Positions 36,942 through 51,858 of a stretch of DNA of 64,000 bases are shown piece by piece. The position numbers and the translations under genes are program-made. The DNA comes from Heptranchias perlo (lineage: Eukaryota), in NCBI RefSeq assembly GCF_035084215.1, contig NC_090356.1:11966001-12030000 (forward strand), read 5' to 3'. The notes under the pieces were generated by a model. The model saw nothing but the letters and a program-made list of their open reading frames with translations, ran no database searches and was not told the DNA's origin. Position 1 is the first letter of the stretch. Every line of letters starts with the position of its first letter.

Positions 36942-39900
36942 GTAAGTGAAATCAGAATCCGACTCTCCATGAATCTCCTTGCCCATAACCTCGGCATCAC
37001 TGCGTCACCCATATTCATTGACTTTTCTGTGCCACACTGCAGAATTTCACTGCTACACATTTTACAAGACATCATGTTGATTTAATATCAGGAGGCTGAG
37101 TAACATAAACCACCTTTCTTCATGAATATTAAAATGTAAACCCCCTTGCAACATTTGAATGGTATATTTTTTGTTTATAAAACCTATCCTGTGGTGGCTG
37201 TAAAGTAGTCTTTGAAACATTTTACACATAACCTGTAGAAAAATGTAATGAAATCACACCAATCTAGCTGACGCTAGTAATTAATTTGCTTTTTTAATAC
37301 TTAAAATGCCATACATTTTGATTTCTGTCAGTTTTGTAACTGTGTTCAGATTGCGTGAGGGGTAAAAACAAATTTGGTAATTGGAATAGTTCTACCCACG
37401 AGTAGTCCAATTGTCACCAAAGATGGTGGTGATGAATATTTCTTGGGAACAATTTGAATAAGGAGAAGAATGTGTGTGTTGCACTTCGGCTAAAAATAAC
37501 TTTATTATCTTTGCAACTCATATTTCCAGTAATTGAAATTTGTGATCATACATTTGTGATTTAACTTGTAGCCAAAAAAAGTTTCAATTTTTGTGTTACA
37601 TTCTTTTGTTTACAAGTTGTGCACGTCCTCCTGCCTTATGGTGGTTAAGTTTTAAAAATGGTCAGCGTATCTTTTAAATGTATAATTTTCATATGATTAA
37701 AATTACACATACATATAGACACGCACGCACTTTGTAAAGGTGCTGGCCCAGATTCTTATTTGTGCAAAATAGCCACCAATACTGGGATTATATTTTGACA
37801 GAGCAAGTATGTATCTACAGATTGGCATATGCACAAATGTATACTTTAAAATGGATTGTAATGCAGTGCATACAGATCTTTAAGAGTAGTTTGGTCTTCT
37901 GAATGCTGTAATACTGCTTTGGAATTATTTTGGATTTTTGTGTGTTGTACATTGAGCAACTCTAACTCTATTGTGTTGATCTAGGATTCCATGCATGTTT
38001 CAGTTTTGTGCTGACTGGGCTGGCAGGTGGGGGAGGGATTTATTTTGCTACTTCCGTTCTGTGTAGATTATCCAAATGATAAAGATTCTTTAAGGATTAA
38101 GACAAACATCAAAATGATTCTATACCGAATGGGCAACATTTAAAATATGGTAAAACACGTTTGTCTTAATTATAAAAGGGAAATCATTGACACTTGTGCA
38201 GAATCCATAAAAAGCTGGCGTATTGGCGTGTAGCCCAGTCTCTACACATGGTCAGATTCGACTGCATATGGTGCAGAGTGGTGCTCATAATAAGCACATG
38301 ATGCATTGCTGAGATAGCTGAGGTATACCAGAGAGAATCTTGTACATTTTTAAAAAGATTTAAAATTATTTATTCCTCTGTACCCTATTTTTAAAATCTC
38401 ATTTCTCTTTTGGGCTCTCTATCACATACCCTGTAGCTAAGAGTTGTAAGTTCTGGTCATCTTCTGGTGACTAGACATACATTTACAATTGTGAGTGATT
38501 TTAAATTTACATTTTTGCTCACTTCTCATGATGTGGACTGATGTGTACCACCTTCATGTTCTGTTTTGACAAATCTGATAATTCATATTGGCATTAGCTG
38601 ATTGATTTGAATAGGTTTTGGGTTTCAAAATGTGTATCTTTGAACAAATGGTTGCTCACACTGTAATGGCAGTTAACAAGTGGGGCTTAAGAAAATCTCC
38701 AACTAAATAAACCACATAATGAACTGTAAGACCTACTGATGAAAATTGGTTATTAGTGTTGGCTACAAAACACTGTCCAACCATCACTGTGAATTTCCTT
38801 TCACAAATTGCTTGCACTGCTGCATTTTATCTAAAAATGTACGTCATGTGGATTTCTGATGCTGAATATTATAAAGAAAAAGCTAAAAGTATTTGAACCA
38901 TAGATCAATTGGTTAAATTATATTCTCTGAATAAATTGAAACCTTTTTATATACTAGTTGTGAAAATATACCATAGTCTTCAAGATTATAATGCATTTGA
39001 GGAAAAAAAAAGTCTTTGCTAATTAATAACACCGCGGAGCAGTACAGATCTTGCATTTCTCTTTGATATAAGTATCAGGTGGTTTTTGGCCTTCACTCTT
39101 ACACATTGGGATGTGCAGCAAGTGATCTGATGGCTACATCAGATAATGCTTTAAGTGTACTAATTCATCCATACAATGTTTTTCAGATTTTAATAGTTTA
39201 GTAGGTGAAGCATCACTTGGTGCAGCATTAAGCTGTACCGGGCAGAAAGTCCATGGTTTGATTCTTGGTCTCTGTTAGACTGGATGATATTGGGGTGCTA
39301 CAATTGGCATTGGTGCCCTTAAGCTGGAGGAGGACGGGGGGTGGGTGGGTGGTGGCAGGGGGGGATACGGGGTGTTGGGAGGGTGGGTGGTGCAGCTGGT
39401 GGTGAGGGAAAATCAGCCAGGGGTCCTGCTTGTGGATGTATGGTGAATAGAAGATGGGACTTGGCTGTGAGGCTCTCTTTGCTTGACGCTCATTAGATTC
39501 ACACATGAAGATTGGTCATTTGTGGAGAGGGGAGGGTAGTGGAATCTGTGATACTGCACTTGGCAGAATTGGCACGTTGAGGAGGGTAGGGGAAGGGTCT
39601 GGGTAGGTAAAATGAAATAGGCGCACAACATATGAACCTTTTTTTAACGTGAATGATGGTTTATTGAGATTATGTTCTCCTTTCCTGAGAATTGTATTTA
39701 TTGGCGACAAATTAATGTCACAATGGCTGTCATAGACTCAATTACAGGTTATTTGAGCCAACTGACATTTCAGGGTGGCGAACTCTGGTAGATTAAATGA
39801 GAATTTACTTTAATTGGGTTGCAAAACATACAATTTACTCTGGAAAATAAAGATGCTAAACTGTTGGTTTCACCCCTAGAAATACTTTTGCCGTGGAAGG

Positions 39901-40896
39901 TTAAAAATGATTAGTGTTAAGAGTAATAATAAAAGTGATTCATCTTTTCAGGGTTATATGTTGCATTTAAAATTGCTCTGGCATTTTCATGTAATATACT
40001 TAACATCCAACTTCGAATTATCTTACTGACTTTGTGCCATTCAGTCATTACACTGTACCCTTGTTATTCTCTAGGGTATTGCAAGTATGTGCGGTTTCAA
40101 AATTGTAATGCATAAATGGACTTCAGATGACATCTCGAATGCAAGGGTCAATCCTGAGCAGTTTGTCATATGAGCCCAGAAAGTATATTGTGTCCTTGAT
40201 TGTGCTCCCAGGCTAATTCAAAATTCAAGGTTGATGCTAGCTAATTATTACAGTCAAACAAGATGTTGGATTTTAGTATATACAGGTATATTACACCTCA
40301 GAAGCACATAATACTGTCAGTTGACCTCTGCTTCATTTCTATCATCATAATATTAGAAAACTGCCTCTTTTTCCTGTTATGTGATAAGCGGTTACACAAC
40401 AAAAACTTGGCCAATGTACTGGTTGAGATTAACATCAGTAACAGGAAATAAGAGCTCAAGTTTGCAGTAGGACACCTCTGAAAAGCTGTTCGTCGTTCAA
40501 AAAATATTTGTCCATGTTTTATAAAGTAGTTGAGCTCAAATGATTTCCTGATCACTTGAGCATCACTCTTGTGGTTTGACTTCATCTGACTCTCGAGTGT
40601 ATTCTGTTTTAAGATGCTTCTAGCCTTCATTATTCATTTGCATTGCTATATTGGTGACCTGCTAAACCAATGCAACAATCCCAAACGTGACAAGAAATCC
40701 ACCCATAATCTTTTAACACTTGGTTGCCATTGGACAATGGAATGTTTTATTTCCATTACAGTTTATATACGTAGAGCTTAGGGATCCTTCTGAGAACAGC
40801 AGCTGGTTTACAGAGCGTCCTCGATCAGTGTACTACTTCAGTGGCTGTGCATGAAAAAGATTATTCACGCATTCACTGGGGTGCAGACTTGTATAG

Positions 40897-40898
<2 letters not shown>

Positions 40899-40933
<35 letters not shown>
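40899..40933. repeat. (GT)n microsatellite
   Basis: About 17 GT units. Confidence 0.95.
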
Positions 40934-40934
<1 letters not shown>

Positions 40935-41335
40935 AAATGTGAGAACATTTTATTTTTTAACAGGAAGTAGCTCAAAAATGGGCAGCAGAGTTTTTAACAT
41001 GAATGAAAACTGTATTTTTCCCCTTCATGACGTACATAGTTTAAAATTTAAAGGAAAATGCTTTGTGGTCAGGTGAACTCTGAAACTTGCTAAATATGGC
41101 AAAGAAACTATAGACTGGAAAAAAAATCACAAGTTTCTGAATCTTAATGTCTTCAGATTGCAACCAAACCCATTGTAAAATGTAAAGTTTATAATTACCT
41201 ATGGGCACAACAATGCATTGAGTCACTACTTTACTGAAAGAAAAATTGATAATTCATTAAAAAAATTTGTGGTTGCTAATTACCTTTTGTGCAATATTCT
41301 TTAAGGGGACAGTCCACAAAATGAATGCAATATTT

Positions 41336-41482
41336 AGAATCACAGAAGCATAGAGCACAGAAGGAGGCCATTTGGCCCATTGTCCCAGTGCCGGCCCTTT
41401 GAAAGAGCTATCCAATTAGCCTCACTCCCTTGCTCTTTCACCTGAGCCCTGCAAATTTCTCCTTTTCAAGTACATATCCAAT
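41336..41482 (-). mobile_element. CR1 3' tail fragment
   Basis: AGCACAGAAGGAGGCCATTTGGCCCAT...AAGAGCTATCCA, homologous to the tail at 9767. Confidence 0.78.
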
Positions 41483-42647
41483 ATACTTGAAACATAAGAA
41501 GATTGGACTTGCATTTAGCAGGCATCTATCACATTTACTCGCAGCTGCAAAATGTTCTTTTTGGAGAAAAAAAAGTTATTGCCTTGCAGCATAAAATTTA
41601 CATGCAATTATAATTGCTCTCTGACTTGATACATTTTTCTTTTTGATTACTTTCTGGTTGAGCGGTGATATTAAAGGGACAGTCCAGATTAACAACTAAC
41701 CATTAAAAACCATGCTCCAGACACAGATTACACATGGTCAACGCCATGCAAAAATCAGCTAGTTAAGTCAAAATGTTAGTATTGCCAATTAAAACCATTA
41801 CAAAATAAAGGAACCATATAGCTGTTTGAATACATGTAAGTTAAAAAATTGACAGTACGGTCAAATTATTTAAAATATATTTTTTGAAGTGGCAATGCAC
41901 TTTAAATTTTACTTTGTCATTGGTGCCCAAAAGTTCTATTTGACTCTTGTGATGAGACACCAAAAATTTGAATAAGCTGCTAAATTTTGTTTTGAGAGAT
42001 CTGACTCTTGTTTAAAATATAAACTTAACCATTCCCTCATATTGTACTTCAGGAAGTGAGAACTGTGAAAATTTGTAAAAATATCATATGACTTCATTCT
42101 AAAATGAATGCATTATGATTTAACTGGGTGCACTTCTGCAAGTTTAAACTTTCAGCAGAAAAAATATCAGAGTATCTGTGGTTGCTGTCATAATTATATT
42201 TTGTGTATGGGTAAGCTGCATTTTAGAGATATTAGCTAAGTATACATTAAGGCAACATCCTAAGCTTGGATGGCCTTGAATATGAGCACATGAATACACT
42301 CTAACTGTTGAAGGACTCTGGCAGCATATCATTCAATAAAATAAAGTTGGGTATTTAAAGGTGTGTAATTATTGCCTAAATTAGACTGCAGTAATCTTGA
42401 CTATCGTGTCTTGCTCCTCTCATCCCTGCTTTTGTCATTTTATGGTTGGAATTCGCCACTGAACAGTGGTGATGCTGGCTACCTGATTGCTCTTTATTTG
42501 TCTATCCTTTAGGTTTGACTTGGATCATGAAGGAAAACTGGGCCTCATTAATATCAGCAACATTAAGGACATTAAATGTTCTATGCAGTTACAAAGGAAA
42601 ATATGTACCTTAAGGAGGCTGATATCTCCCCTGCATTTGTTGAAATG

Positions 42648-42731
42648 TTAACAATTTTACAACACCAAGTTATAGTCCAGCAATTTTATTTTAAATTCAC
42701 AAGCTTTCGGAGGCTACCTCCTTCCTCAGGT
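42648..42731 (-). mobile_element. Family A1 terminal fragment
   Basis: Reverse complement of the family A1 core; TTGAAATG direct repeat at 42640 and 42734 (possible TSD). Confidence 0.82.
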
Positions 42732-43231
42732 TATTGAAATGGTATCTTCACCTGAGAGCCCAACAGAATCTGGGGGTGTTTTGGTTGCCTGAAGTTGAGT
42801 TGCTTTTGTGCTGATAATTAAATAGCAGTTTTGGTTGCAGCTGGTTAAAACAACTTTCATTATGTTGAAATAACTTGGCACATCGCATGCTTTCAGCCTG
42901 CCTGCATTGCAGAGTTACAGTTATCCCTGGCTCTGTTTATAATTGATCTGTCATCGCAGCACAGTGTTTCTGCAGCAGGTAAAGGAAGGATTATTGATCT
43001 GTGGGCTAAGCTTGGATAATGCATTAAAGCTGCGGAAATGAAGTCCAGTGCCAAAAGGAAGCTGAGGCGAGAGAATATTCCAGAAAATGGACTGCATTTT
43101 TGACAGGAATTACTATACTTGGAACACATTTATAAATTTAAAATCGGGCAAATCGCTTATATTGAACAGATTTAATTAGGGCTTCAATAGATTGGTAGAA
43201 CTTGAGGTTCAAACCTGCAACTTTCCTACAT

Positions 43232-43583
43232 AATGTTCAAAATTATGAGGGGTTTTGATAGAGTTGATAGGGACAAACTGTTTCCACTGGCAGGAGGGTC
43301 TGTAACCAGAGGACACAGATTTAAGATAATTGGCCAAAAAAGCCAGGGGGTAGATGATTAGAATTTTTTTTACTCAGTGAATTGTTATGACCTGGAATGC
43401 ACAGCCTGAAAGGGAGGTGGAAGCAAATTCAATAGCAACTTTCAAAAGGGAATTGGATATCTACTTAAAAGGAAAAATTTGCCAGGGTATGGGGAAAGAG
43501 CAGGGGAGTGAGACTAATTGGTTGCTCTTTCAGACAGCTGGCACAGGCATGATGGACTTCTTCTCTGCTGTATGATTCTATGA
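43232..43583 (+). mobile_element. CR1 3' fragment
   Basis: TTCAAAATTATGAGGGGTTTTGATAGAGT...TWNAQP...; ends TATGATTCTATGA. Confidence 0.85.
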
Positions 43584-43627
43584 CAATGACTTCACACCAG
43601 TCATATGCGAGAAGGCACTAAGCAGAG

Positions 43628-43742
43628 GCATAGGAACAGGAGTAGGCCATTCAGCCCCTCTAGCCTGTTCCACCATTTGATATGATCGTGGCTGATCTGT
43701 GATCTAACTCCATATACCCACCTTTGGCCCATATCCCTTAGT
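43628..43742 (-). mobile_element. CR1 3' tail fragment, opposite orientation
   Basis: CATAGGAACAGGAGTAGGCCATTCAGCCCC = reverse complement of the tail at 60071. Confidence 0.8.
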
Positions 43743-44689
43743 ATCATCTTGTAGGCAAAATTGAAAGAAGAATTGTCCTGGGATATACTCGAGCACACCC
43801 TGGTGGCAGATTGAATAGTTTTGGCTTGGGTCCAGGTCACCTGCCTGTCCTGTCAGCTGGAGAATGGGGAAATTTATCAAAGGCTAAGGAGAAGAGGAAA
43901 TGACAAACATCTAATTTATAGCACATTTCATAAGGTGAACTTTGTTTTTGCTGTGGTCATTTTATGACCAAAGAGCTAAAATAGGCCTAGGTAACAGTCT
44001 TCTCTGAAGTTTAACCCAGACTTTGTACTGAGTTAGAGAGCAGTAACCACTGTGGATTGCAAATAATTTAGTGACCATTGTTAGCTGTTCTGACTGATTT
44101 CCTAGTCAGTACTGATAATTACCACATAGATGCTATTAAAATGTAGCTATTCGAGGTTGTACAATTAGATACGTGCTTTGAAGTACAAATGTTGTTTTCA
44201 AAATGCAATGTGACCGGTGTTGGTAACTGCTTCAAGATAATTAGATACAACTTTTATTTTCAAAAATATTGACTTAGTGGGTAATTGCACCATGTGATGT
44301 GATACTGGGCAACACATATCTGCACTGTGCTGATGTTAGCTCATTTTTAGCTGGGGTAGTGGTGACAATGTCCTTGAATTAGAAGAGGAAAATAGCCAGG
44401 GTTCCCACTCTGGATCATGTATGCACCACCGTTTTTGGGGGAGGGGAGAGCGGTTGGGGCGGTGGGGGAGAGGAGGTGTATGTGTTTTGGTTAGGATGGG
44501 ATCAGGTTCTGCTGTGGTGCTCACCGTGATCAAATGACCCATTATCAGCAACATTTGTGTCCATTTTTAATATCAAAAAAAAATTCCAAGATGATTTAGG
44601 AAGGGAAAGATCAGAGGGACAACCAAAGGCTCGGCCAAAGAAATGGATCTTATGGTTTTTACAGGTTGAGAGTTTGCAAGCACTCCAGA

Positions 44690-44862
44690 AAGTAAGGTTG
44701 AAGGCTGTGTCGCCAGTGGTGGGTGCAGCAAAGGAGGGGGGAGGGGTGAGGGGAGGGTAAAGTGCACAGAAGGCCAGAATCTGAGGAACAGAGCTTTTGT
44801 GGGGAGATACAGGGCTGGAAGAGATTGCAGAGATAGGGTGGCAAAGCAATGGAGAGATTTAT
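44690..44862 (-). mobile_element. Degenerate L2 fragment
   Basis: Minus-strand translation LPPYLCNLFQP...LCSSDSGLL resembles the L2 at 11011. Confidence 0.6.
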
Positions 44863-45589
44863 AGACAACGACGACACTCAGTGTTTAGGTTCAGTGCATA
44901 AAGATGGTCATTTGGGGAAGATACTGGAAGGTTATCAGCACCCTTTGCGCTACAGCATGATTTGCTGTTTTCAGGAGAGGAGGAAAGAGGGGGCCATGGA
45001 AGTGAATTTTCATATTGAAAAGATTTTCAATACAGAGACTTACAAATGAATATAATCTTTCCTGTTTTTCACAAGTGTGGCTATGACTTAATATTCCGCA
45101 CGGCTTATTCCTGGGAAATGTCTTCAGTTCCCAACATTTGAGCCCTATAATTTACAGATGTTTTATGCAGAATTTACAGGTGTAGCTGATTTATTTATTT
45201 TAATCTGCGCTGCTAAATTCCCGCTGAGTCAGTTTCAATGCACTTTCCAAATCTATTTCAGTTTTGGTGCACTCTACATGAAGGGTAATCTTGCATTCTT
45301 GATTTGTATCCTTGGTTATCCAGTCTCGCATATCAGAAGCATCAGTGTGTTGGTTGTTTATTTTAAAAGTATGCTGATTCAGCCTCTGTTAAGACTGACT
45401 TCACAGTTAAGTGCCTAACTACACGTGTGCTAGCTTTTTAAAAAAAAAATAAAATGCAACCAGTATAAGAGCAAATTGCTGCAGTTCACCACATTTAGAA
45501 TCTGCCTTTGTGTTGTAGACTTCATGAGTACTAAGAACTGGGACTGTTGACCTTTGCAGCTATCATAGAGAAACGCACATGCGGTTATC

Positions 45590-45985
45590 ACATTGTGGCT
45601 GACCCGAGACTGGATGTTGGGCAAGCAGCTTGACAGCACGGTGGAGGTGGTAGAGAGGTAGAGCTGGGTGATGGCAATGTACACATGGGAGCTGACCCCA
45701 TGTCTTTGGATAACGTTGCCAAGGGACAGAAGGTATATAAGAGGAGGGAGCTAAGGATAGATCCTTGAGATGATTCCGGACATAACTCTGTGGGGGTGGG
45801 AAGGGAAGCCATTGCTGGAGGCGCTCTAGCTATGATTGGGTAGGAAGAGTGGAACTAAGCGCAAGCCGTCCCACTGGAGGGAGAAGCATTGTGGGAGGAT
45901 GGTGGTCCACCATGTCAAAGGCTGCAGAAAGGATGAGGAAGGAAAATGCATTGCAGTCACTGGAGATGTCGTTTGTTACTTTGAT
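45590..45985 (-). mobile_element. Degenerate L2 RT fragment
   Basis: Minus-strand QGSILSSLLL (GVPQGSILGPLLF-like) followed by a QLYLS motif. Confidence 0.6.
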
Positions 45986-46967
45986 CAAGAGCAGAAATAC
46001 CCAGTTATCTCAAACCCCCCCCCCCTGAAAAAATAGTTCAATTTATTTTCACTTCAATTTTGTTTTGAGGGTGAGAAAGAAGGAAATAGAGACATGCATA
46101 TGCCTTGTAGCAAGTTTCTGGTTACTTCACTATATTTGTAGTATTTCCAAGGCAGAAATCAATTCTTAAAATCGTGCACTAATTTAAGCAGTATAATAAA
46201 GCAATACTAAAGGCAGATGTGTATTTTTAAAAATGTATTTTGAGAACTGGCTTGCTAAGTAGTTTCCACTGTGTCGCCAAATTGGTTTGCAGCATTTATC
46301 AAGAAATTTTACATCTAGGGTAAAGGGTGCCTTGCCACATCCACACCCATATGTAAGATGATGCAATATATCCCAAGTAATCCAAGTGCATAAATGTTTT
46401 TTTAATTTAGTATTAGCACTCATCGTGTTAAAGTGGAAATCAAGGTCATGTAGGCAAATATATAACCAAGTCCGAGATGCTAAGTGTCTCTCAAACCATG
46501 ACTAGTCACACTGTTAAGATTTTAATTTTTGTGGTCATTTGAGGTCGCTGTGCTAGAGAATTACACTTTTTCTTTTTGCATATAGTGTTGGCATTGGAAA
46601 GGAGAGAAGTAACAGGTTATATGGAGAGATGCAGCATGTAATGGAGTTGTCTGGTGTGGTGAGCTAACTGTATTTTGCAGGGTTTTTTTTGAAGGCCAAG
46701 AATGACATCATTCGTTAATGTCTGAACTGGGAGGGGTCAGGTGCATTGAAATGGGTTAAGTATGTGACCAAATGAGTTAGGTACACTGTAAAATGTTTAT
46801 AGTGGAATAACATGGAAAGTGACTGTCAGAGGCTTTCTCTTGGCCGTTGGTCTTTCTAGTCTGTATATCTCAGTTGATAGCTGGATACTCTTGTGGCGCT
46901 GGCCAGGTTCCGCTAGCTTTTCCTCGACCATTTTTAAAAAGAAAACGTCTGCATTCCTTCTCCCGTA

Positions 46968-47267
46968 TTAAGATTTTGATAGGGTAGACTAAACTAGAGG
47001 TCATAAATATGAAGTAGTCGCTAATAAATTCAATAGGGAATTCAGGAGAAACTCCTTAGAGTGGTAAGAATCTGAAAGGAGAAGTTGAGGCAAATAGCAT
47101 TGATGCATTTAAGGGAAATCTAGATAAGCACATGAGGGAGAAAGGTATAGAAAGGTATACTGATAGGGTTAGATGATATAGGGAGGGAGGAGGCTTGTGT
47201 GAAACATAAATGCTGGTATGGACCAGTTGGGCCGAATGGCCTGTTTCTGTGCTATAGTTTCGATGTA
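46968..47267 (+). mobile_element. CR1 3' fragment (same subfamily as 3299-4610)
   Basis: Colinear with 4260-4590 (TTTGATAGGGTAGAC, AAACTAGAGGTCAT, GGGAATTCAGGAGAAAC, GGCCTGTTTCTGTGCT). Confidence 0.85.
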
Positions 47268-50200
47268 AGTGGACCTAAAAATAATTGTGGCACAGTGGTT
47301 TGATACGTTTGGCCCTGTGGCACATATTCCTGATCTGGAGGGATGTTATGAACAAAGTATTGCATTTAAGAGAGAAAAATTTAAGTGATATCTTCGATGT
47401 TATTTGCCAATTTTACTCTTCGGTAATCTTGAATACTACAACCTGATTGTTTGGTGATTCCATGCTTCCAGCAGGGAACTGGACTCGAAGGGAACACATG
47501 TGGAAGAATCCGATTCTCCCATCGCTGGTGGTATTGCCCCTATGGTGTAAAATGGACATTTAAAATAAAAGCCTATCTGTTACCATCTTGGTTCAGTGTT
47601 GTAGATGATGATCAATAAGTCTGTGAGCATGCTTGTAGCTTTCTTCTTGTCAAGTGATCTCCGTCTCAAATCTTTACATTAATGACCCACTGTGGCAGAA
47701 CTGTTCTTTACAGTTAAAGCAATTTACTTTGAAACTTATTTTATCATTCCTACCCCACAGCAGTTATTTAAAACTAGTCCTTCCAGAGTACAACACCTTT
47801 AGTTTCAAATACCTGTACTTATGTACAGCAGTATTCAGCTAGAGCTCGACACGGTACTTTACTGATTTTAATAAGTTTGGCAGGACCGTTATTATTTACC
47901 TCCTTTTCTTTCCTGCTTTTCTACCTTGGGCCTCGGTCCTTCGTGTTGGTTCCTCAATTTGGAAAGAAAAATGATACTAATGTCCTTCAATTGAAACCTG
48001 GAAAATGGAGCCCATGTTTGACATGTCATGAGACAACCATTTTGTGCAAGTTGACCTCATCAGGGCATTCTGGTATTAATTAATATTCCACATTTTGAAA
48101 ATCATGCAAAACTACTTTCTGCAAACATTAAGCCTCAAAATATTTATGTAAAGGAGTGAAAAAGTGAAAGCTCTTATTTATTCTGTTCTGCAGAAACCTT
48201 ATAATGTGGTTTGTGTTGAATCACAATTATAGTTGAATCCACAACAGCATAACTTAAATGCTTCATTTAATCTTAAAGGATCAACTTGCATCAGTAGAGT
48301 TATTTTTAACAACAGTTTGGAAAAGAAAGATGATTTTGTAAGCTGGGCTGACTACATTGTGTTCAAAAATTAAATCCAATACGATACTTGAGGACCTCAT
48401 TATATACCTGGTTCAGAAATTCTATTAAATGAGCTGATTTGGATATTTGATTATCTCGAGCAGTGCAAACTGTTTCAGGAATGTTGAGGTTGGGGCGTAG
48501 CTCGTGTTGGAAGGCCATTTGGACTTGAAAGTGACACTGGGACTTTATTGATCGGAATGGCTGGCTGCATTTTGTTACTCAGGTGGTTGTTCGTTGACTG
48601 TAGACAAGTTGTAAGCTAAGCAATGTACAGTTCTTGACGTAAATGCTGGAAAATCAGTGGACTGATGTAATAAACTATAATACAGCATTGATTTGATATA
48701 TTGTGTATCTCGGTCAAAGCCTGGATCATCCCAACTTCTTTATGCTTGGGTTTTGTATTTTTGATTCTGTGACTCACTTTGCAAAGTAAAGATACAGCCT
48801 AGAATGACACAAGAAATACATTTTGGTATTGGTCTTTTCAAATAAGTGGACATTTAACATGTAACAACTTAAATGTAAAGTTACCAGGGGAGAAAATGTG
48901 ACATCCAAATATTTTTGGGTTTTTGCAATGATTGATGTATGAAATTATTTAAACCCAAAGAGCTCTACATTGAAACATTTCTGCTGAATCTTTGTTTTAC
49001 GTTATAATGTTTCAGTATTTGGAGTCTTTCACGAAATACCATGAAAACCAGGATCCTATTTAATCTGTCACAAAGACCCCATATAAAAGGCAGTGAAGAT
49101 GCCACTCTGACTTGGTGACAGGACCATTCATTGAATAGATTAAAGTAATCCAGGCATTTGAATGCTAGAACTGTCAACTTGTCAATGACCAAAGTGGTGC
49201 AAGTCTGACAGAGTTGGCTATTTTGTGACCTCTGGATAACTGGCCCACCAATTCCTTTCTTAATAACAATTCTGGTTGCCAATAACAATCTTCTATGGAT
49301 TGATTGAAATCTTGCATGGGAGAGCTTTGTCGGCCATGTTACAACTTGAAAAAAAAATCTATATGCCCGAAAAGCCTGGGCTAACATGATTATATTTCCA
49401 TGGATTCTTTTTGTTCCTTGATGGGGAAGAGTTAATATGGCATTGAGCGATTTGTGTGCATAGATTTAATTTTGTAACTTTATGAAGTAGTAAATGGTGA
49501 GAGATTTTTGTCAAGAATTTAAAAAGAGCTTTCAACTAAGATTGCTGCATTTAAGATGGCTCTTTCCAGAAGTTGATCTTAATGTTTTACATTTTTGCTG
49601 GGAGGAGGGAGAACATTTCCAGAAACCATTTAATTATGATGATTGATCAAATGTAAAAGGTGGTGTCTATTTGAGCACTTCATTCTACACCTAATTTCAA
49701 AACATCTGTGACTTACTGTATTTTGTTCATAACTTCTAACATATAACCTTATGGACTTCTGCCAAAATTCATTTTACTTTTAAGATTTTGCAAATTTCCT
49801 AATGTGAGTGTTATAAGTTTCAGGACTGTCTTAGATATTGTCTCAGGTACAGAGGTGCTGCTCTCTCCTAAGTAGTCTGAGTCTCTTGCATTCAGGAGTG
49901 TGCTTGAACTGCCCAATTTCTAATTGTACAATAGTGTAACCAGGGGATGATCTGGGCTTGAGATTGTGTCTTTCACACATGTCCTCCTCCACTCTTTCTG
50001 AAGGCAAACTGAGAAACCCTTGGTAAGATAAGGCCAGATATGAATAGTTCAGGTGAACATGCAGAGTTAAAGTCGATGCATATTCCACTTACTTAACACA
50101 ATCTTGCTTCTCTCCTTGAAAACGTGGGGGGCAAAATAATAAGCCATTCACCCTGTCCTTTTCGTGGGGTGATTTCCTTGTTTTTGACACTGCCTTTCTT

Positions 50201-51643
50201 ACAGATCACTTCTAACTGCAAAAACTGGCCGCTTGCATTTTTAGATTCCAGATCTGACCCTACGCTTTACAGTCATGTTTAAAATCTGACTACCTTGTGT
50301 GTCTCTTTGACCCTTTTCTGTTGATTCTGACCCCAGCAAGCAGAGCGGCGGTGCTTCTGACATCTTCCTGCGCAGGCATTTGTCAGCAGGCCTGTCGACC
50401 AAACATACCACCACCCTCTTAAGTTTATATTCTCTGCAGACTCCTCAGGCCGTGTCCATATGAATAGAAGCATCTTCAGCTCAATGGGTGAGAATATTAA
50501 TTGGCCGTCTAAGACAAGATGATGAATTGCTTAACGTTCCTGGCTAATGGGCCTGGGATGAGTGAATAGATCCTCGTGTCAGTTTGAAATGGACAAGGAG
50601 TTGTGACATTCCCTAAACTGCCTTGTCTGGGTTTTAATATACATTCTTCAGTCTGTGTCTTAAACCTGTGCAAATTTACTTTGTTTTAAAACGTAACCCT
50701 TAAATATAATTCAATCCTAAAATTCTTTCCACGAAGAAAAAAAATGTTCAAAAATACAGAAATCTGACCGTGGGGAAGATACAGTTCAATACAAAGCAAA
50801 TTCTACTTGTATTGTGCGCCATAAACTAGTGATGAGTACAATTTTCCTGTTAATATTCACTTGAACACTCAGTCAGTGGTACAAGAAGTATAGGTTTGGC
50901 CCTTCCAAACATGTGTCAGGAGAGAGAACTTTGAGCTACTTTAACACTGGAGTGAAGCACTGGTGGTTACAGGTTTATCAGTGGTGGTACAACTATCACA
51001 ACAAGATTTTGTAATTATATAGCACCTTTTAATATAGAAAAAACATCCCAAGATGCTTGTAGCAATATGAGGTCACACAGCATTAATGCATCTTGCATTG
51101 TATCTGTTTTCCCCCATAACATATTGATGCTTCTACAATGTACTGATGCCAATATACTAAATGAGCCAAATGACAACATAACAATGTGATTAACAACCTC
51201 TGGCAGCTCAAGCTATTTGATAAAAGGTTTTACCATTAATGGATTTTATAAATTGAATTCTCTCTTACACCTGAACTGTACTGGAGAAATTATAACACAA
51301 AATCCTGGCAGCATTTGGGCTTTTGGTGTCAAATAGTTTAAATATGGGGTAATCAAAAATTGTGCCACTGGTTTACTTCCAGTTTTGTGTTTACTGCATT
51401 GGGATGAACAGCTATTAGCAACAGAAGGTAGGTAATTACTAAAGCATGTAATTAGCTGAGTTTCTGTTTATAATTTCCGAATTACTTTGAATGTTGCATG
51501 TATACAGACTATGTGTAATTTAATGTCACTTAATTCAAATTCTGATTATTCAAACTTATCACTAAATTATGACTGCATTGCTTAAATCAAATTCTTGGAT
51601 AATTCAAATAGTTTTAACAGAAAACGACCTCAGATTATCAGGA

Positions 51644-51858
51644 TGTGGAGATGCCGGTGATGGACTGGTGTTGACAAATGTAAGGAATCTTACAACACCA
51701 GGTTATAGTCCAACAGTTTTATTTGAAAATCACAAGCTTTCGGAGGCTTTCTCCTTCGTCAGGTGAAGTGACGAAGGAGAAAGCCTCCGAAAGCTTGTGA
51801 TTTTCAAATAAAACTGTTGGACTATAACCTGGTGTTGTAAGATTCCTTACATTTGTCA
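51644..51858. mobile_element. Family A2 palindromic insertion with 14-bp TSD
   Basis: Perfect 90-bp arms 51672-51761 and 51769-51858, 7-nt spacer; TCAGATTATCAGGA at 51630 and 51856; hammerhead on the minus strand at 51729-51767. Confidence 0.92.

Noticed and set aside
39330-39400. G-run cluster (potential G-quadruplex; similar runs at 12125-12152 and 44440-44470)
   Set aside because: Low-complexity expansions, mostly inside old repeats; nothing indicates function.
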